DNA from: Eledone cirrhosa
Taxonomy: Eukaryota
DNA length: 64,000 nt
Direction of reading: 5' to 3'
Assembly (NCBI GenBank): GCA_964016885.1
Contig: OZ024740.1
Coordinates: forward strand, 42,594,001 to 42,658,000
Part shown: in pieces, positions 40,176-54,832 of the stretch
Layout of the letters: every line of letters starts with the position of its first letter
How positions within the stretch are numbered: the first letter of the stretch is position 1
Notes under the pieces: model-generated
Seen by the model: the letters and a program-made list of their open reading frames with translations, nothing else
What the model was told of the DNA's origin: nothing
Databases searched by the model: none
Translations under genes and position numbers: made by a program

Positions 40176-40512
40176 CAAAATGTTAATAAATGAAAAATAT
40201 TCTCATAATCAAAATATATATTTTATTATACAATTGAATAATCAAAATTATTATTCAATTGAATAATCAAAACCGTAGCGGTATGTCACATATAAAATCC
40301 TATATTTTGTCTGATGAAAACGTACTTAAACACCATTGTACCATTGAAATATGTATAATAAAATATATATTTTGATTATGAGAATATTTTTCATTTATTA
40401 ACATTTTGAATAATATTAATAACTCCAGGAAAATCTACTGTTCAGTGCTTCTAGTCTATTGCAATATTGTGTATTCGTAGAGTAATCAACGAACTATATT
40501 TATCTTTGGTTA
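40172..40512 (+). mobile_element. Fold-back element with HHR (40305-40363) and a ~100-bp tail
   Basis: 40172-40231 is an inverted copy of 40353-40412. ttttgt CTGATGA..gtac..gtac..GAAA tatgta TA ataaaa, with a weak stem II. Confidence 0.75.
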
Positions 40513-40832
40513 TATATATATATATATATATATATAAAAACAAATAACGAAACGAAATTAAATTTCGTTTCGTTTGTAACTCACTTTTGTATGACTGACG
40601 CTTAAACAATTAAGTTAAAAATGTACATCCACATATGTATACTGAAATACTAGTATGCATATGAATACACACACGTATACATATGTAGATGTACCGAGTT
40701 TTTCACTGGTCACTTTACTGTGAGTGTCCAGCTATTCTGTATGTAAACACACAGACAAACCGGTTTTTAGAGTCATACTGGTTTTTGAGGAAACACCTTT
40801 CCTCTATTCTCCAGAAAGCCAGACATATATAT

Positions 40833-40910
<78 letters not shown>

Positions 40911-40927
40911 ATATATATAATATATAT

Positions 40928-40959
<32 letters not shown>

Positions 40960-40986
40960 ATATATATATATATATATAATATATAT

Positions 40987-41181
<195 letters not shown>

Positions 41182-41387
41182 ATATTTGGGGAGAGTCATA
41201 TTTTTATAATATTGCCAAAAATAATAATAAAACGCATTCACTGTTTGATTTGGATTGGTTTTCGCTTCTGTATCTTTTATATCTCCATAGTATTTTGATG
41301 CCAACAATATTCATAATTGTGACACATGCCTTTGCCTTCATTTTCTCTATATCTTGTCTACTCGCTGTCGTCTATATTTATTAGTTA

Positions 41388-41416
41388 CTAGCATTAAAGC
41401 CCGGTGTTGCTCGGGG
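41388..41416 (-). mobile_element. Helitron 3' terminus
   Basis: CTAG|T end with hairpin cccggtgttgctcggg, like 18398-18425. The 5' end was not located. Confidence 0.55.
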
Positions 41417-42254
41417 TCAGTAAGTTACCAAAGTTAGGTTGCACCACCCATTTTATGTCAGCACTTTTTGTCTGCCAGTCACTGGGTGAATGAATTGCAG
41501 ACCTGGACTGCCGAAGCAGAAGCTGCGCCAGCAGTGACAATTGTAGTTTCCCTTATGGATATTATCTCTGTGCAAAGAAGTGTTGAAATTTATTATTTCA
41601 CAGTACTTGCGCAACACGCGCGTAGACGATGCCAGCCGAAAAACAGAGCTGCGATGGAGTTGTTCTGCATGGTTGTCTAATGTGTGTTTTCTAAATTTAA
41701 GACAGTAGGGAGGGGTGTGATATGGGGGAGAGTTAGCTGCTGTTTCTAGCAGGTTTAGTGACCTCATAGAGGATATTATTGTGTATAGTAAATAAACTGA
41801 TACTTCTTTCTTCCACGTTCGTTGAGAGATGTTTTAAAAAATATTTATCGCTATTTTTTTTGTTGTTGAATAAATTTATCTGTTGCTTTTCTCTCTCTCA
41901 CCTTAATTTCTTTCTCTCTTCTTTCTTCGGCGTTCCTAAAGGAAGTTTGTAAGTTTAAGCGTATATAAGAGAAAGTTGCAGCATGTATGTAGTTTTATCG
42001 AATTTTAAGGAGAGTAGAGAGAGGCCATCAGATTGTATTAGAGGGTTAAGCGTCATGTATTTAGTTTTATCGACTATTTCCGTAATTGTGGGTGGGTTCG
42101 AAAGAGATAAATAGTCGTTGACCTACATTAAACCATTTCCAACATACTTACAGACGTTGAGTCAAATCGGTTTTAAATTGTGCAAATGTATAAACATGGA
42201 ACATGCTCGTACACACACGTACACACACACACAACAACAATCTGCCTTTTATAG

Positions 42255-42421
42255 ATAATTGTTTCTACATTAGGCACAAAGCCAGCAATTACCCAGTGCA
42301 TTACTGGTATTCTATCGACCCCGTAAGGATAAAAGGCAAAGTCAACCTCAGTGGGATTTGAACTCAGATCGTAAAGGGACGTAACTATGCTGGAAAACAT
42401 GGCGTCCGACCCTCTACCGAT
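42255..42421 (-). mobile_element. tRNA-derived SINE
   Basis: Reverse-complement copy of the 18130 family. Confidence 0.8.
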
Positions 42422-42552
42422 CTTTTATAGGTAATAATTAGCAGGATCATTAGCTTTGCGCTATAACTTTCAGATATTTTGACATGCGAAAAGCGAAATT
42501 GATAATTAGGTCTAGTGCTTTTATATCTCAATATATATATATATATATATCT

Positions 42553-42592
<40 letters not shown>

Positions 42593-42890
42593 TATAGAGT
42601 AAAGCATGTCCAGAGAATTATTTGATAATATATATACATCATCTCTACTCCCAATCAGCATAATTAACCACACACAACATCAATTAGACCAGGCTACAAG
42701 AATAAAAGCCTCCTATCAAGAAACAGTAAATAAATACGCCACACCGGCGTCTTCGCGTCCAACCGCTATAGAATATTTACCCAACATTTCAACAGCACGT
42801 GGAAATTAATTAAATATACGGTCAACCATAAATAATTAGGTAAAATTTATGTTAGAAATGCTTATATACATACCAGGATTAAATCACTAA

Positions 42891-42968
42891 ATCCCGACCC
42901 ATGGGTTTCGCTCACTTTTGAGATATATTATTAAGGATAATACTCGAGTTTAGAGCTCTTCAGGGGAC
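42891..42968 (-). ncRNA. Type-I hammerhead ribozyme
   Basis: Minus strand: gtccc CTGAAGA gctc...gagc GAAA cccatggg TC gggat. Confidence 0.88.
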
Positions 42969-43204
42969 AGACTCGCTAGGACATATTATTTTCCGAAGTG
43001 GCCCCCGCCAAACACGAATTCAAAATGGTTGAGAACTGTGACATGGCAGTGGTCAAGTCAGGGAGCGTGTGATTGGTTGCTTACGGCAAATGGGTTGGTT
43101 GCTAGAAAGCGCAGCCCAATATCGCCCAAATTGTATCTCAGCCTTATGGGAGATTATTAAATATAAATATTTGCACATACACCAATTAAACAAAGTCACA
43201 GGTA

Positions 43205-46180
43205 TATATGTGTTTTGGCAACTATTCACGATGTGGCCAAGTCAAACCACCCTAGATCCATAACCAAGGCCGTGGTGGAGAGTGTCTCGGACAGGATCTC
43301 CAGCCTGTCCGCAAGTAAGGAAATATTCGATAACAATACGGAATATTACAACGCAGCTCTAAATAAGGCGGCACATGGACAAAATATAACATATAGTCCG
43401 AAACGCCGGGATGGGGATGGCCCAGCCGACACCCACACCTGCGTTGCCCGGAGGGGGGGGGGGAACCCTAACAATACAGGCAGAACAGAAACAATTAGGC
43501 ACCATGAGCCCGACACCACCACACGGGCGTTTGTGACGAGTACACTCAACCATGGGATGAAACCCAATATGAGTAGCAGTCTCAGGGGTGATGCTAACTA
43601 CCCCGGCCCGACGACCCCAATGCAGGACACGTGGGGGGGGGGACCACCCATGGTAGATCTCCCAGCGGGGGCAACGACCACTCCACAGATTCGGGCTGTG
43701 AAGATAGCAAAACGCATAACGCCCAAAGGGGAAGCAACAATGCGGGAACCACCAGCAACACAATAAATCTCCAAAAACTCACGACGCCCCCGACCCACAC
43801 ATATAGGAGGAGACACAGAAAAATCACGTGGTACAACCCACCCTACACAGCGGCCCTAAAGAACAGCTTGGCCCGATGATTCTTTGGACCACTTGATAAA
43901 TGCTTCCTGAGGGACCAGAGACACCACAAGATCTTCAACAGACACACTGTGAAGCTCTCGTATTCCACAACGTGAAATCTGGCCCAACACATAGCTAGCA
44001 TCAACAGGAGTAGGCTTAAAAACCACACACAACCAGAAGATGGCAATACAAGCACTCAGCAGAACCATGTGAAAGGAGGGAAGGGGGAACACAGTGCCCA
44101 CCCAAGAAACCCAAACAGACCTGGGGACCCCCATCGTGCCTGGGGGAAGACCACCATATAACACATAACGGGAACCCCAATCTAGGTACGCAGAGGTCGA
44201 CCACCCTCTGCAACTGCAGAAACCCCGAATCATGCCCCCTTGGTAATGAATGCTTTCAGAAGAACCTAGTATACGGTTGTAGGGTTAAAACCCCCAACTC
44301 CGAACACCTCTACATAGGACCACATCAATGAGCTTTAAAGACCGCTGGTATAACCATCGACATTCCTTCAATGAGGAGGCCAGAAGAAAAAGTACGGCTC
44401 TCTCCGACCTGATCTGGAAGCTTAAGCTGGACAGGACCCCGTACTCTCTGGCCTGGTCCATAATCAGGAAAGTACCACCCGATAAAGGGGGATCTTGCAT
44501 ATGCAAACTATGTCTGAACGAGAACCTCGGGATACTGAGAGGTGGAAGCGGCCTGATAAACCTCAGAACCGACTTCTTCGGGACATGCAGACACCTCAGG
44601 GCCGGGACCTTCCTCAAGATATATGGACAGTAGCAACACAATAAGATGTGAACACCCCTCAAGCTATAGGGACTTCTCCAGAACATGTAGACACCTCTCG
44701 GCCAAACCTCCCTCAAGCTATATGGGCAGTAACAACACCATAGGTTGGGAACTCCCCTCAAGCCATAGGGACCAACCCAGGCTGAGCAGACACCATGATA
44801 GCCTAGAGATTGATTCTGACACAGCCTTTATAATTTGGCCAACATCTTTATAACACACGCACATTTTAATTTACCTGATTTTTGATTTTTCAATTTTGAT
44901 TTCTCATTATTCATTTGTTATTTGTTTTCTGTTTTCTTCACTTTATCATCTTATATTTATATTTAAGTTGAGATTGGTTATAACACACACACATTTTATG
45001 TGATTATCCTATTTCGTTTTATTCTTTTACCACCTTGTACCTCCTACCAATCTATCCAACATATTTCTGACCTTGAGATTGGTTATAGCACACACACATT
45101 TTATCTTATTTTATTCGAATCTTCATTTTATTTTTCACTTTTCATTTTCATTTTTCATTTTCCATATTCATTTTTCATTACTTTTTCATTACCTTTTCAT
45201 TAATTTTTTATTTATTCTCTATCTATTATTTATTTTCTGCTTACTTCATTTTATTGCCTTTTATTTCTTAATATACATGGCAGAACCCCCCCCCCCCACC
45301 ACCACCACCACCACGGGAGATGGTGGCAGGAGGGATGAAGAAACACACACACAGATACTTCTAAATTGTCAGCAGCAGCAAGACATAAGCTGAACACAAC
45401 ACCAACAACACTACCAAAATAAGGGTAGAGGTCTGATGTACTTAACAATAGCAAACACAAAGACTACAGGGAGCCTCACCCCAGAAAGAATTTCTATAGA
45501 CTTTGGACTGAGGAATGCTCTCAAAACTGACCAATGGGGAGTTTGACCTTACAAATCTTTATAACATTGAGATAGGTATAACACACACACACATTTTATT
45601 CGATTATTTTATTTTGTTCCTTTACCATCTTATTCCTTCTACCACTTTATCACTTTTTTTTTAGCTGACTCCAACAATAACACCACTACCAACACAAGAA
45701 TAGAGGTCAGATGTACCTAACAATAACAAGAACAACAACTACAGATTGGCTTGCCTCAGAACGAATTTCTATAGACTTTTGACTTTGAAATGTTCTAACA
45801 ACTGACCAAGGAGAGGAGAAGAGGCCCTTTGACGCTGAAATTCGTTTGTTTGAATTCATATGATTCCAGTTCCTCAGTGAAATAACAACCCAACCAGGAA
45901 CTGGGCATATCAGAGTATTGACAAAGGTATACACCTCAACAACATGTGTACTCGTCTCTACCACACTAATTCTGACTGCCTGAAGAGGTCACAGCCAAAG
46001 ATGGCTGTTACCGAAATATATATAGCAGTAATAACCGAAGCCAAATTTTAAACATTTGACTTATTTATTTTATTTTATTTTACATTACACCGGAGTAACC
46101 AAACCAACCTGCGCACTTCGTCGAGTGCTCCAATCTGTATACTGAGGTGTTGGTAAACAACCAACATATACTCAAAATTT
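43205..46180 (+). mobile_element. PLE, probably Hydra clade, 5'-truncated, with a long repetitive 3' region
   Basis: Motifs SNHP..SVSDRISSLS, WYNPPY, CNCRNPESCPLGNEC (CxCx5Cx5C), YIG..SFKDRWYNH..STALSDLIW and CKLC. Terminal HHR. Confidence 0.85.
45975..46029 (+). ncRNA. Type-I hammerhead ribozyme (PLE 3' end)
   Basis: actgc CTGAAGA ggtcacagcc aaagat ggctgttacc GAAA tatata TA gcagt. Confidence 0.92.
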
Positions 46181-46200
46181 ATATATATATATATATATAT

Positions 46201-47196
46201 ATTGAAACATATAACTGTGTCTACCTTACCTATTGAGTACGTTGAAATGCAACCGGTACTAGCAGGGAAACGTTATGCTAGTCCCGTCAACCTCTTATTA
46301 TTTTCTCCCAACTAGCCGATTTCTAATGAGAGTAATTGAGCAATTTTCCCCTTTTTTATTGTTTTGTTTAATATACTCTCTAATACCTGTTCTATCTTTC
46401 TCTCTCACTCATCTATTGACTCATGCAAGTTGTAAAATTGATCGGCTTTGCGCACGTGTTTGGTTGTAATATCCCGATTTCGAATTCTAACCAGCAAGCT
46501 ATAATTTCTATATCGTTGTCTAATTGCCTGTTTGCTTTTAATATCAGGAAAATATTTAGGCACCACCTTTGTTTACTGTCGCACCGTATTCGCCATGGTA
46601 TTTGGCGACTAGAGCTAAATGCTACCATTCTATTGCACAACGATTCCAGACAAATTTTCTCTAATACCAGATTTTTTCACTCACTTGTTAATTCATGATT
46701 GACTTGAGATATGTTGGTTGAGTCCTTATGGAGGGGCCGAAGAATATAATCTCGACACCTACCATCACGTACATTTCTAACCCATTGGCCAATCGGTTTT
46801 CGGTATTTTGAAGAGGCGTAGAGACTTCAGTTACTAACTTACTACTGTGTCGCCTGTCACATTTACAGCCATACACGGCACGGACTGGAATCGAATTCTG
46901 TCGATCAATTGTTTATTGATTAAGCGAGACCCTCTGATGAAGCCACATGCGCCGATTGTGAATTGTTGAATAATAAACGCAGACAATACCTGCTGTACCT
47001 TCACGTGCTGCATTAAGTGTGGCCGAAACTCGAATACGGGTATAGTTAGATTTATGGTACCCATTTACGTGTGTTGTATTGAAGCAAATAACTTTGTGTC
47101 TACTCTGGGATTTTTACATAACCTTACTTATTGAGTATGCTAAGATGCAACCAGTACTAGCAGGGAAACTTATACCAGTCCCGTCAACTTCTTATT
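46201..47196 (+). mobile_element. Retrozyme-like unit: ~880-bp monomer with a ~100-120-bp terminal direct repeat
   Basis: 46201-46299 resembles 47078-47196. HHR at 46929-47041, (TA)n on both flanks, no recognisable ORF. Confidence 0.65.
46929..47041 (+). ncRNA. Hammerhead ribozyme with a long stem-II insertion
   Basis: accct CTGATGA a gccacat ..~68 nt.. gtgtggc c GAAA ctcgaa TA cgggt. Confidence 0.65.
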
Positions 47197-47197
47197 G

Positions 47198-47251
<54 letters not shown>

Positions 47252-47490
47252 CACACACATACACACGTATATATATATATATATATATGACCTCCCTCCA
47301 CCCACACCAGATTACTTGCTTACCCTCCTCCCCTGATAAAACTATTCCCCCCCAATATTTAGACTCTCAAACTCTGCTCTATTTGATAAAGGACTAGCGT
47401 CCGATAAGCTGAAACATTGATAGTCCTTTTCCAACAAGCGCGAAACTAATAATACTTTGCGTTATTGTATCTCGAAACATATATATATAT

Positions 47491-47545
<55 letters not shown>

Positions 47546-48469
47546 GTGTGTATGTGTGTATGTGTATGCGTGATATTTAGAAGATTATACTTAAATACAC
47601 ACTTGTGAAATATATAGCCATTACATATAATACATACAATCGAATATATTGAAAGCATGCAGATTTGTAATGTATGAGAAATCAGTAACACATCACTTGT
47701 TACAGACAGCTCTATAATCATTGAGATCATTGAAATATTTCTGTTGTTGATGCTGCATACTTATATCACAAGTATTGTACTGTGACATTTAAGTCACTCT
47801 TACGTAAAATGTAATGCGTTTATGTTTTCTTTTTATTCACGCTTATTATTAATATGGAGCTATTTAGATTTGTATGAAAAGATTAACGGAAGAAATAAAA
47901 AGCATTTTTGAAAAGAAGTTGCCTTTCTCCTTACATATTCATATTTTATCTTATGTGATGCATTGTGAGTCCTTTAGAAAGCATGTAATAATAAAGCTGT
48001 CTTAGTAACATTAACACTAGACCTAATTATCAATTTCGCTTTTCGCATGTCAAAATATCTGAAAGTTTTAGCGCAAAGTTAACGCCATATGATCCTGCTA
48101 ATAAATATAGACAACAGGGAGTAGACAAGATATAAAGAAAATGAACGCAAAGGCATGTATGACAATTAGGAATATTGTTGGCATCAAAATAAAAGAAATG
48201 GAGGAAAAAAAATGTCAATGTACTTACATAAACCAAAGTCTAATATACATACATAACTACATTCAAAATCGATAGTAATACTTTGTTGTAGATACACTTT
48301 TCATCAGCCTATTGTAGAAGCGTTGTAGTGCTGCCAACATTTTATTGTCATCCAACGCTAACATTCCGGTGACTAGAAACCTATAGATAAATAGATTTAA
48401 TGAACTACCTGCAGCAAAATTTGATATATATTGTTAGGTTGATACTGGCCAATCATCTATTATACATAT

Positions 48470-48753
48470 GGCACCTGGCTTTGTGGTTAGGGTATTCAGC
48501 TCAAGCTTGTAAGTTTACGAGTTCGATTTCCGGCGGTGCGTTGTGTCCTTGAGCATGATACTTTATTTTACGTCCACTCTGCTGGCAAAAATATGTTGTA
48601 TCTGTAATTAGGAGGGCCAGTCTTGTCACATTCTGTGTTACACTGAATCTCCCTGAGAACTACGCTGAGGGGGCGCGTGTCTGTGGAATGCTCAGTCATT
48701 TGCACGTAAATCTCACCACAGGCTGTTCCGTTGGAACACTCGTCCTCGTAACG
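48470..48753 (+). mobile_element. tRNA-derived SINE (second family)
   Basis: tggctttgtggtt..gagttcgatttcc..tgtgtccttgagc. Confidence 0.7.
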
Positions 48754-49399
48754 ATATATTATACAAGCCAGTTTGTATATTATACAACAGCATACCTAGT
48801 CGTCTTCAAGGCTGCTAACGCAGGGACATTTTTCAGAGTCCAAATGTTTTCTGCAAATATTGACCTATAGTAGTTCAAAAATAAATGCAATCTAAGAAAG
48901 GGAGAAAGGAGTGCGACAGACACTACATCCATTTTGAACAATGCTTAAGCTACACTCTGCGGAGAAAATGGCAAAGGTATTTCTGCGGAGAATGGCAGGG
49001 AACACCAACTTCAACGCCACAGGTATTCTTTCTGAGGCGGCCCGCTGTCTTTCTGATTTGACAGAAGAAATAAGCGGTACTGGGACCGAAGACACCTGGC
49101 GTCTAGAGACGGACCGGAAGCGGTCGGTCCAGCCCCGGTATTTAGTTATCTTATCAGTTCAAACTGAATATAAACCGTTTCAATCAATATCATCATTTCA
49201 CAGAGACAGCGAGAAGATACTAGGTTTCTCAGTTAGCCGCGTGACTGTATAATAAAAGAAAATAAGGGTTTCCTTGTTTTCTGAAGAAACACATAGTAGG
49301 AAACATCATCAATAACTCTTTTCACTCCTTTTAATCTTCAACATAATAGTTAGATATCATATCGTATTTCGTCATGTTTTTGTTTTTCCTTTCTCTCAC

Positions 49400-49484
<85 letters not shown>

Positions 49485-49486
<2 letters not shown>

Positions 49487-49715
49487 TAATAATAATAAAT
49501 TTGAAGACTAAAATCCAAAGAGGGCTCGATAAGGATAAATATATATCAAATATATAAGAACCGTAGAGCAAATATTTATTAAAATAACAGATTAAAGTTT
49601 AAGCAAAGAATCGCTGCTTTCACCCTTAACGGGATCTTCTGAAACGGGATCTTCAGAAGACCCCGTTAAGGGAGAAAGCAGCGATTCTTTGCTTAAACTT
49701 TAATCTGTTATTTTA

Positions 49716-49720
<5 letters not shown>
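49485..49720. repeat. Fold-back (~65-bp arms) with tail
   Basis: Hairpin 49578-49715. One arm also occurs at 40078-40129. Confidence 0.8.
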
Positions 49721-50203
<483 letters not shown>

Positions 50204-50224
50204 CATCTAAGGCATTGGTGACAA

Positions 50225-50520
50225 CAACAAAAAGACTTATATCGGAATGACTTGGTATGCCCATACCCACTCTTTCAGAAGACCGGACAAATCCAATCAG
50301 ACAACACTCGCCTCATATGTCTGGACCTCAAGAGGAACTCCACTCCTTTCACGCTCAAATAGAAATTACTCCAGAAAGCGCGCTCATGTACGGGAGGACA
50401 CAAGTGCTGTGACCTTTGTATTTCAGAGAGCTACGAAATACTATTTGCAAATGGCCTGACACTGAACAAACTCTCTGAACACTGCCCGAATTGCATGCAC
50501 AATAGCTTTGCAGCTTTCAA
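50225..50520 (+). mobile_element. PLE (Hydra-type) GIY-YIG fragment
   Basis: [35 protein letters not shown]. Confidence 0.7.
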
Positions 50521-50797
50521 ATATCTTAAGCCAGTGTTGAAGCCAGATAGAAAAAAACTTTTTAAAAAACCCCACTCGACAAAATGTCCCCTCCACCTCC
50601 ATCCAACCCTACCCCTACCCCCATCTCGGCCCGCCTCACGGCACTATGGTTGTGTAAGTACTTCATACCTATCTGCTTTTCCCACATGTATAACGTACTT
50701 TAATTGTGCCTCTCTGTATGTATATATATATATATATGTGTGTGTGCGCGAGTGTGTATATATGTTGTATGTTTGTGTACGTGTGTATATATATATA

Positions 50798-50843
<46 letters not shown>

Positions 50844-50851
50844 TGTGTATG

Positions 50852-50902
<51 letters not shown>

Positions 50903-50964
50903 GTGCGTGTGTATGTATGTATATATACATGCATGTAGGTGTATATATGTATATATACATATAC

Positions 50965-51266
50965 ATAGTGAAATAAAATAACAAGGACGATTTGCTACTC
51001 CTTCATTACGTTTATTGTTTGGTGACGCGCGTTTCGCCACTGATCAGCACAAGGGTCGATCTATCCTGACTCTGTAATCCGCGGCTCGTCAGACCCCTTA
51101 CAATAGTAATAGAAAAATGAAATTTTCATTTTTCAAATATAATTGTAAGGGGTCTGACAAGCCGCGGATTACAGAGTCGGGCTAGATCGATACAGATTGA
51201 TCCTTGTGCTGATCAGTGGCGAAACACGCGTATGAAGGAGTAGCCAATCGTCCTTTTTATTTTATT

Positions 51267-51273
<7 letters not shown>
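50965..51273. repeat. Fold-back (~150-bp arms) with HHR
   Basis: Inverted arms centred at ~51122, with microsatellite flanks. Confidence 0.88.
51021..51095 (-). ncRNA. Type-I hammerhead ribozyme
   Basis: Minus strand: ggt CTGACGA gccgc...gtggc GAAA cgcgcg TC acc. Confidence 0.85.
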
Positions 51274-51315
<42 letters not shown>

Positions 51316-51383
51316 TAACATTTATATATATACCCATACACACCTACATGCATATACATATACAAACACACGCACGTATATAA

Positions 51384-51427
<44 letters not shown>

Positions 51428-51906
51428 AACAAACAAGCAAATAAATAAATAAATATATAGACAGACTGAATAAAAAATGGCGTAGGCATACAACACAACA
51501 GGAGGAAAATATAACACCTCTGACGATGTTGCAGATGTGCAACGAAAGATTTATGTAAACTATATATATGTGTTTGTGTCTATATTGTATCTGTATTATT
51601 TTTGACCGTCGGTCAGTCAATGGCAACATTGAGGACCGAGTAAGTTAGATTACAGATATAAAAGACAGCGAGAAGCGAAAACCAACCAAATAGTGAGTGT
51701 GTTCTGTTATTAATTCTGGCAATATTACACAAATATGACCCTCCCCAAGTGTAACAATATATATATATATATATATATATGTAGGAGGTGAGTTTTATTG
51801 TAGTACAATAAAGCAATGCAGATATCGGATAAGAAGCACTCTACAGTTTGTGGGACTGGAGTATGCATAATATAAGATCAAAAGATGGTTAAAGGAGTTC
51901 AATATA

Positions 51907-51973
51907 TTTTATTATGCGCATTTCAAAAACAAACATCATCAAACAATAATATTTGTGTTTTCATCAGATAAAA
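51907..51973 (-). ncRNA. Type-I hammerhead ribozyme (left arm)
   Basis: Mirror copy of 52103-52169. Confidence 0.85.
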
Positions 51974-52102
51974 CAGGAGAACATGATATGAAGGCTAAAA
52001 AAACACTTGTTGATAGTGCAGTTTTAAATCAACATATGATATGTTGATTTAAAACTGCACTATCAACAAGTGTTTTTTTAGCCTTCATATCATGTTCTCC
52101 TG

Positions 52103-52169
52103 TTTTATCTGATGAAAACACAAATATTATTGTTTGATGATGTTTGTTTTTGAAATGCGCATAATAAAA
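52103..52169 (+). ncRNA. Type-I hammerhead ribozyme (right arm)
   Basis: ttttat CTGATGA aaacacaaat..atgtttgttttt GAAA tgcgca TA ataaaa. Confidence 0.85.
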
Positions 52170-52201
52170 TATATTGAACTCCTTTAACCATCTTTTGATC
52201 T

Positions 52202-52332
<131 letters not shown>

Positions 52333-52779
52333 AACCAGTAGGACCCCGACGGCTGAGCTCAAGCCGTTTCGACGGCTAATTCTGGACTAAATGAGAATTT
52401 TTATCCTGGTATATGAATAGCCGATCTTCTAAGGGGGTAATTCCATATATGGTAAAAGTGATTGTCACAAGGATTGGTCGAAAGTTTGTTGTTGAGACAC
52501 ATAATTCTATCATGGCAATTTGTAGAGGGAAGAGGTAGCTAAACCTGCCAGTAGAAGAAAGAGGGAGAGGAGGTGGAGGAAACCCAGTCGTGCGTTGATA
52601 GTGCCAACTACAGCTGGGCAGGAGGTCAAGGAAGTATATTCTAGGGAGGGGAAGGGGGAGGAAGTCGAAACAATAAGTAAAACAATATGGGGTAAATATA
52701 TAGAAAAATACCGAGAATGTTAAAAAAACAATTAAATATAAAAAAACAATTAAATATAAAAAAACAATTAAATATAAAA

Positions 52780-53030
52780 AAAACCTTCTTAAACAAACTT
52801 AGCACCTCTATTAATGATTTCAAAACTAGTAATAACATTATTGTACATGCGGACAAAACTAATAACATATACAGCCTAGATTATAATACATATAGAAAGT
52901 TTATATGAAATGAACTACATAAAAGCTACAAGAAAACCACTATGAAAAACTTAGAAGATATTAATATGGAAGGCTATAATATAGTATCCAAACTAGGTCT
53001 CCAGAGACATACACAACCATATACCCCAAT
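52780..53030 (+). mobile_element. PLE RT N-terminal fragment
   Basis: IIVHADKTNNIYSLDYNTY (the PLE DKG/DKT motif). Confidence 0.65.
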
Positions 53031-53049
53031 GTGTGTATATATGTGAGGA

Positions 53050-53315
53050 TGAAAATCTCATAGGTGTTTGGGAGCCTCTCAAAAGTCAGCTCGAAAGTGA
53101 CACAGAACGACTGAGGTTGGCCGGACATGCTCATCGACATGCAGCGTTGACACTACACTCAGTGCTCCTATGGAAGAGGAAGACCGAGGTTAACATATGT
53201 TGATGCCCTAAGGACAGACACTGGTCTGTTGGAGACGCAGGACATGGCAGCGATAATGAGGGACAGAGACCGCTGGAGAGAACTCGTCCATCGATTTCGG
53301 GAATTTTACCCACCC
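53050..53315 (+). mobile_element. RTE-type LINE 3' fragment
   Basis: RLRLAGHAHRH..GRGRPRLTYVDAL..MRDRDRWR. Confidence 0.75.
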
Positions 53316-53365
<50 letters not shown>

Positions 53366-53479
53366 GATTTGTATATGTGTGTATGTATATATATGTGTGT
53401 ATGTATGTGTGTCTGAATGAAAAAATATATATAAATAAATATATAAATATGAATATATATATATATATATACATATATA

Positions 53480-53518
<39 letters not shown>

Positions 53519-54673
53519 ATAAGTATATTTATATTTATATATGTTTGATACAACTATAAATATGGAGGGTAGTACTAAGTACTAGCCGTTTACCGGTATG
53601 GCAAAAGGCTCAATGCAAATTTTCAAGTGTTTTACAGAGCCGAGATACAAAGTGTTAAAACTTTCAAATTTTAGTTTAGAACATTTATTTGCTGACAATT
53701 GTTTCTTCCAGAGGGAAGTCTGGAATCATCGGAGCATAGGGAATGTCGAAACTTGTAACTAAAATCCTAGTCATTTAGAACATTTAGGGTACATAACTGT
53801 TTTTAGTGTCAAAGGCATCATGTGGAGAGTCAGGAGTTAAAAAGATGTTCTGCTTGAAAGAACACAATTACAGGCAGCACTGGTTGAAAGTGTAAGATGT
53901 ATAAGCGAAAAGCACAAGCAAAAAAATACAGTCAAAAAAGTTACAAGCAAGGAACTTTGGTGTACAATGCATGAGTCAATACAGTCAATAAGGCATGTAT
54001 GAGGAAAGAGTTATAATGCAGTTGAAATAAACATATTTTGTGTGGGGTGCTAAAGCATGTTATAATTGTTATAAATGTTTAAGATAGTGTGTAATTTGTT
54101 AGTGATAATGTAGGTATTTGTTATGTAAGGTGTAATGCAAAGCACGTGATAGAGTTGGATATGTGATTTTCATTCAAGTGTTTATGTGTTGTAGTTCGTA
54201 TGTATGTGTATATGTTGTTTGTAACTCACAGCTATTAACCATGGGATTATTTTTAGTCGTTTATAGTAAATAGGTGTTTGTTAAATGTAAATTCCACCGA
54301 ATTACTTGCCATGTTGTTATTGTAATTCGGTGGAATTATAAGCGCTAGAGTGGACAGACAGGTACGTTATCGCTCTTCTTAACAAGCCCGGTTTACCTTT
54401 ACTTATTTTTTCTAACTACATCTGCTTCCTTTGGTTAAAGGTGAAGACACGCACGACCCTTTCTTAGCCCATGCCCTCCTCCATGAAATTGGACATTTAT
54501 TTTACTCATAACAATTTTTTTTTTTCATGAATTCAGAATTGATTTCATCGTGTGTCCAATTGAAGAATAAATTGAATTTAGAATAACACATTTCTATACA
54601 ACATATTTTGCTCTTTTCTTCTAATATCTAAGAAACAATTGCATTCCCGGGAAACGCCGGGTGCCTATGCTAC

Positions 54674-54832
<159 letters not shown>

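Noticed and set aside
49026-49108. HHR-like fold (CTGAGGC..GAAG..GTC)
   Set aside because: Two core positions are wrong and stem I is poor. At best a decayed motif.
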